The notes under the pieces: generated by a model
Told to the model about the DNA's origin: nothing
The model's input: the letters and a program-made list of their open reading frames with translations, nothing else
Database searches by the model: none
Part shown: positions 61,879 to 64,000 of the stretch, in pieces
Numbering within the stretch: the first letter of the stretch is position 1
Layout: each line of letters begins with the position of its first letter
Made by a program: the position numbers and the translations under genes
Assembly: GCA_963826785.1 (NCBI GenBank)
Contig: CAWGYD010000001.1
Coordinates: 576,001-640,000, forward strand
Length of the DNA stretch: 64,000 nt
Source: an uncultured delta proteobacterium
Lineage (GTDB): Bacteria > Desulfobacterota > Desulfobacteria > Desulfobacterales > Desulfosalsimonadaceae
Reading direction: 5' to 3'

Positions 61879-63942
61879 GTGATAGAAGCCATTCTGTTTA
61901 CCTTGGGGCTGGGCGCGACTTGCGGGATTATCCTGAGTTTTGCGTCCAAAATCTTTTATGTCTATGAAGATCCCCGGATTGCACAGGTGGAAAATTTTCT
62001 GGCCGGCGCCAACTGCGGCGGCTGCGGGTTCGCAGGATGTTCGGCGGCCGCCGATTCCATTGTCAATGGCAATGCCCCGCCAAACGCCTGCATTCTGATC
62101 GGGCCTGAAAATGTGTCTGCCATCGCCGGCATCATGGGAGCCGAGGCGGGTACCGCCGAACCCTTGAAATCTGTAAATACGTGTGCAGGCGGAAACCGGG
62201 CTGCGGACCGGTTCCATTACCTGGGGGTGGAATCGTGCAAAGCGCTTTCCGCCTTGTACGGCGGAAAACGGGAGTGCAACATCGGGTGCCTCGGTTTCGG
62301 CGACTGCGTGAAAGCCTGCGGCTTTGACGCCATTGCCATCGGTGCGGACGGCTTCCCTGTGGTCGATCGGGAAAAATGTGTGGGATGCGGTGCCTGCGAA
62401 AAGGCCTGCCCCAAGACGATCCTGGAAGTGCAGTCCATGTCCGCCCGTCTGCTCCATTTGAATGCGCAAAACGATGCGCTGGCGCCCTGCGCCCAGACCT
62501 GCCCGGCGGAAATCGATATTCCCCGGTACATCGACCATATCCGCAAGGGAGAATACGATGCGGCAGTGGATACCATCCGGGAGAGAAACCCCTTGCTGCT
62601 GGCCTGCGGCCGGGTGTGCCCCCATCCCTGTGAAAGCTTCTGCCGCCGCAGCATCGAGGATGAACCGGTTTCCATCAATCAGTTGAAGCGCTTTGTCGCC
62701 GATTACGAAATGAATTCGGGCAAGCGCATCCCCATTCCCTGCGCGCCGGACACCGGAAAACGGGTGGCTGTCATCGGCGGCGGCCCCGCTGGACTGAGTT
62801 GCGCCTACTTTCTGAGACGGGCCGGCCACCATCCCGAAATATTTGAAGCCATGCCCAAGCTGGGCGGCATGCTGCGCTATGGAATTCCCGAGTACCGGCT
62901 TCCCAAGAAAACCCTGGACTGGGAAATCCAGGGCATCCTGAACCTGGGGATCGATCATCATACCAATGTGCGCCTGGGCGTTGATTTTGATTTCAAGTCG
63001 CTGATCGCGGCCGGATTCGACGCGGTATTTTTCTCCATCGGCGCCTGGAACGATTACAAGCTGAATATCCCCGGCGAAGAAATGGAAGGCTGTTTTACCG
63101 GCATCAGCTTCCTGGCGAAAATGGGGAACAACGAGCCGGTACAGATCGGAAAACGGGTGGCCGTCATCGGGGGCGGCAACACCGCCATCGACTGCGCCCG
63201 GACCCTGGTGCGCAAAGGGTGTGAAAAGGTGTACCTGGTCTACCGGCGAACCCGCAAGGAAATGCCGGCCAATGAGGTGGAAATCGTCGCCGCGGATCAC
63301 GAAGGAATCGAATTCGTCTTTCTGGCCGCACCCAACCGGGTGATCGGAAACGCGGACAACCAGGTAACCGGCCTGGAATACCTGAAAATGGAACTGGGCG
63401 AACCGGACGCCAGCGGGCGCCGCCGGCCGGTGCCGGTGGAAGGTTCCGAAACCGTGCTCGATGTGGAAATGATCGTTACCGCCATCGGCCAGTCCCCGGA
63501 TATCGCGTTTAAAGGGCAGGGCGACCGCGTGGATGATCTCAAGATCACCCGATGGAATACCTTTGAGGTGGACCGGGCCACCTGCCAGACCAACGTTCCT
63601 TATATCTTTGCCGCCGGCGACTCCGCCACGGGCCCCGCCCTGGTGGTGGACGCCATCGGCGGGGGCAGGAAGGCCGCCCGCTCCATGGACCAGTTCCTGA
63701 GGGGAAAACCGGTGGCCGCTCAGCCCGACGCCATTTTGAACAAGCAGATTCCCGAAACCCTGTTCTCATCCGTTGCCGGAATCACCCCGAAGAAGCGGAC
63801 CGAGATGCCCGAGTTGCCGGTATCTGAGCGAATTCATACCTTTGAGGAAGTCGATCTGGTGATTACCGAAGCCGATGCCCGGCGAGAATCAGAAAGATGC
63901 CTGAACTGCTGCCGGCTCTGCTACAACCCGGACGCAGCCTGA
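61879..63942 (+). CDS. rnfB: RnfB fused to a GltD/NfnB-like FAD/NAD(P)H oxidoreductase
   Basis: LAGANCGGCGFAGC, CLGFGDCVKAC, CVGCGACEKACP; then CAQTCP, CGRVCPHPCE, GGGPAG, GGGNTAID, YRRT, AAGD, ERCLNC. Confidence 0.92.
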   Translation: MIEAILFTLGLGATCGIILSFASKIFYVYEDPRIAQVENFLAGANCGGCGFAGCSAAADSIVNGNAPPNACILIGPENVSAIAGIMGAEAGTAEPLKSVNTCAGGNRAADRFHYLGVESCKALSALYGGKRECNIGCLGFGDCVKACGFDAIAIGADGFPVVDREKCVGCGACEKACPKTILEVQSMSARLLHLNAQNDALAPCAQTCPAEIDIPRYIDHIRKGEYDAAVDTIRERNPLLLACGRVCPHPCESFCRRSIEDEPVSINQLKRFVADYEMNSGKRIPIPCAPDTGKRVAVIGGGPAGLSCAYFLRRAGHHPEIFEAMPKLGGMLRYGIPEYRLPKKTLDWEIQGILNLGIDHHTNVRLGVDFDFKSLIAAGFDAVFFSIGAWNDYKLNIPGEEMEGCFTGISFLAKMGNNEPVQIGKRVAVIGGGNTAIDCARTLVRKGCEKVYLVYRRTRKEMPANEVEIVAADHEGIEFVFLAAPNRVIGNADNQVTGLEYLKMELGEPDASGRRRPVPVEGSETVLDVEMIVTAIGQSPDIAFKGQGDRVDDLKITRWNTFEVDRATCQTNVPYIFAAGDSATGPALVVDAIGGGRKAARSMDQFLRGKPVAAQPDAILNKQIPETLFSSVAGITPKKRTEMPELPVSERIHTFEEVDLVITEADARRESERCLNCCRLCYNPDAA

Positions 63943-64000
63943 TCTTTGAGTTTATGCCCCGCACCTGTTTGCGGTTTCAAAAATCCAAATTTGCTAAAAA

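Overview
GC-rich bacterial chromosome segment, most consistent with a Desulfobacterales-like sulfate-reducing deltaproteobacterium (inferred from gene content). Left to right it holds: ptsI/ptsH; an unannotated two-UGA Uxx-star glutaredoxin-like selenoprotein; LOG, an orphan DNA methyltransferase, spmAB and pdaD-speB; an AT-richer island (decayed PAS-LuxR regulator, M23-SH3 peptidase plus HEAT-like partner, degenerate GEMM-I-like motif, gene remnant); fhs, a heterodimeric ABC exporter, MscS, CNNM, RNase II, pyk, split purH, thiM, ZIP, metallo-beta-lactamase-fold genes and a hybrid kinase; a near-complete dcw cluster (no ddl) with an extra small ORF; and a cytochrome c3-rnfCDGEAB operon. The Rnf operon looks rewired: RnfC and RnfD lack their flavin motifs, and RnfB is fused to a GltD/NfnB-like NADPH module. 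Several housekeeping genes carry small frameshifts, which probably reflect assembly errors. No CRISPR array, tRNA or rRNA was seen. All family assignments come from motif recognition, not database searches.
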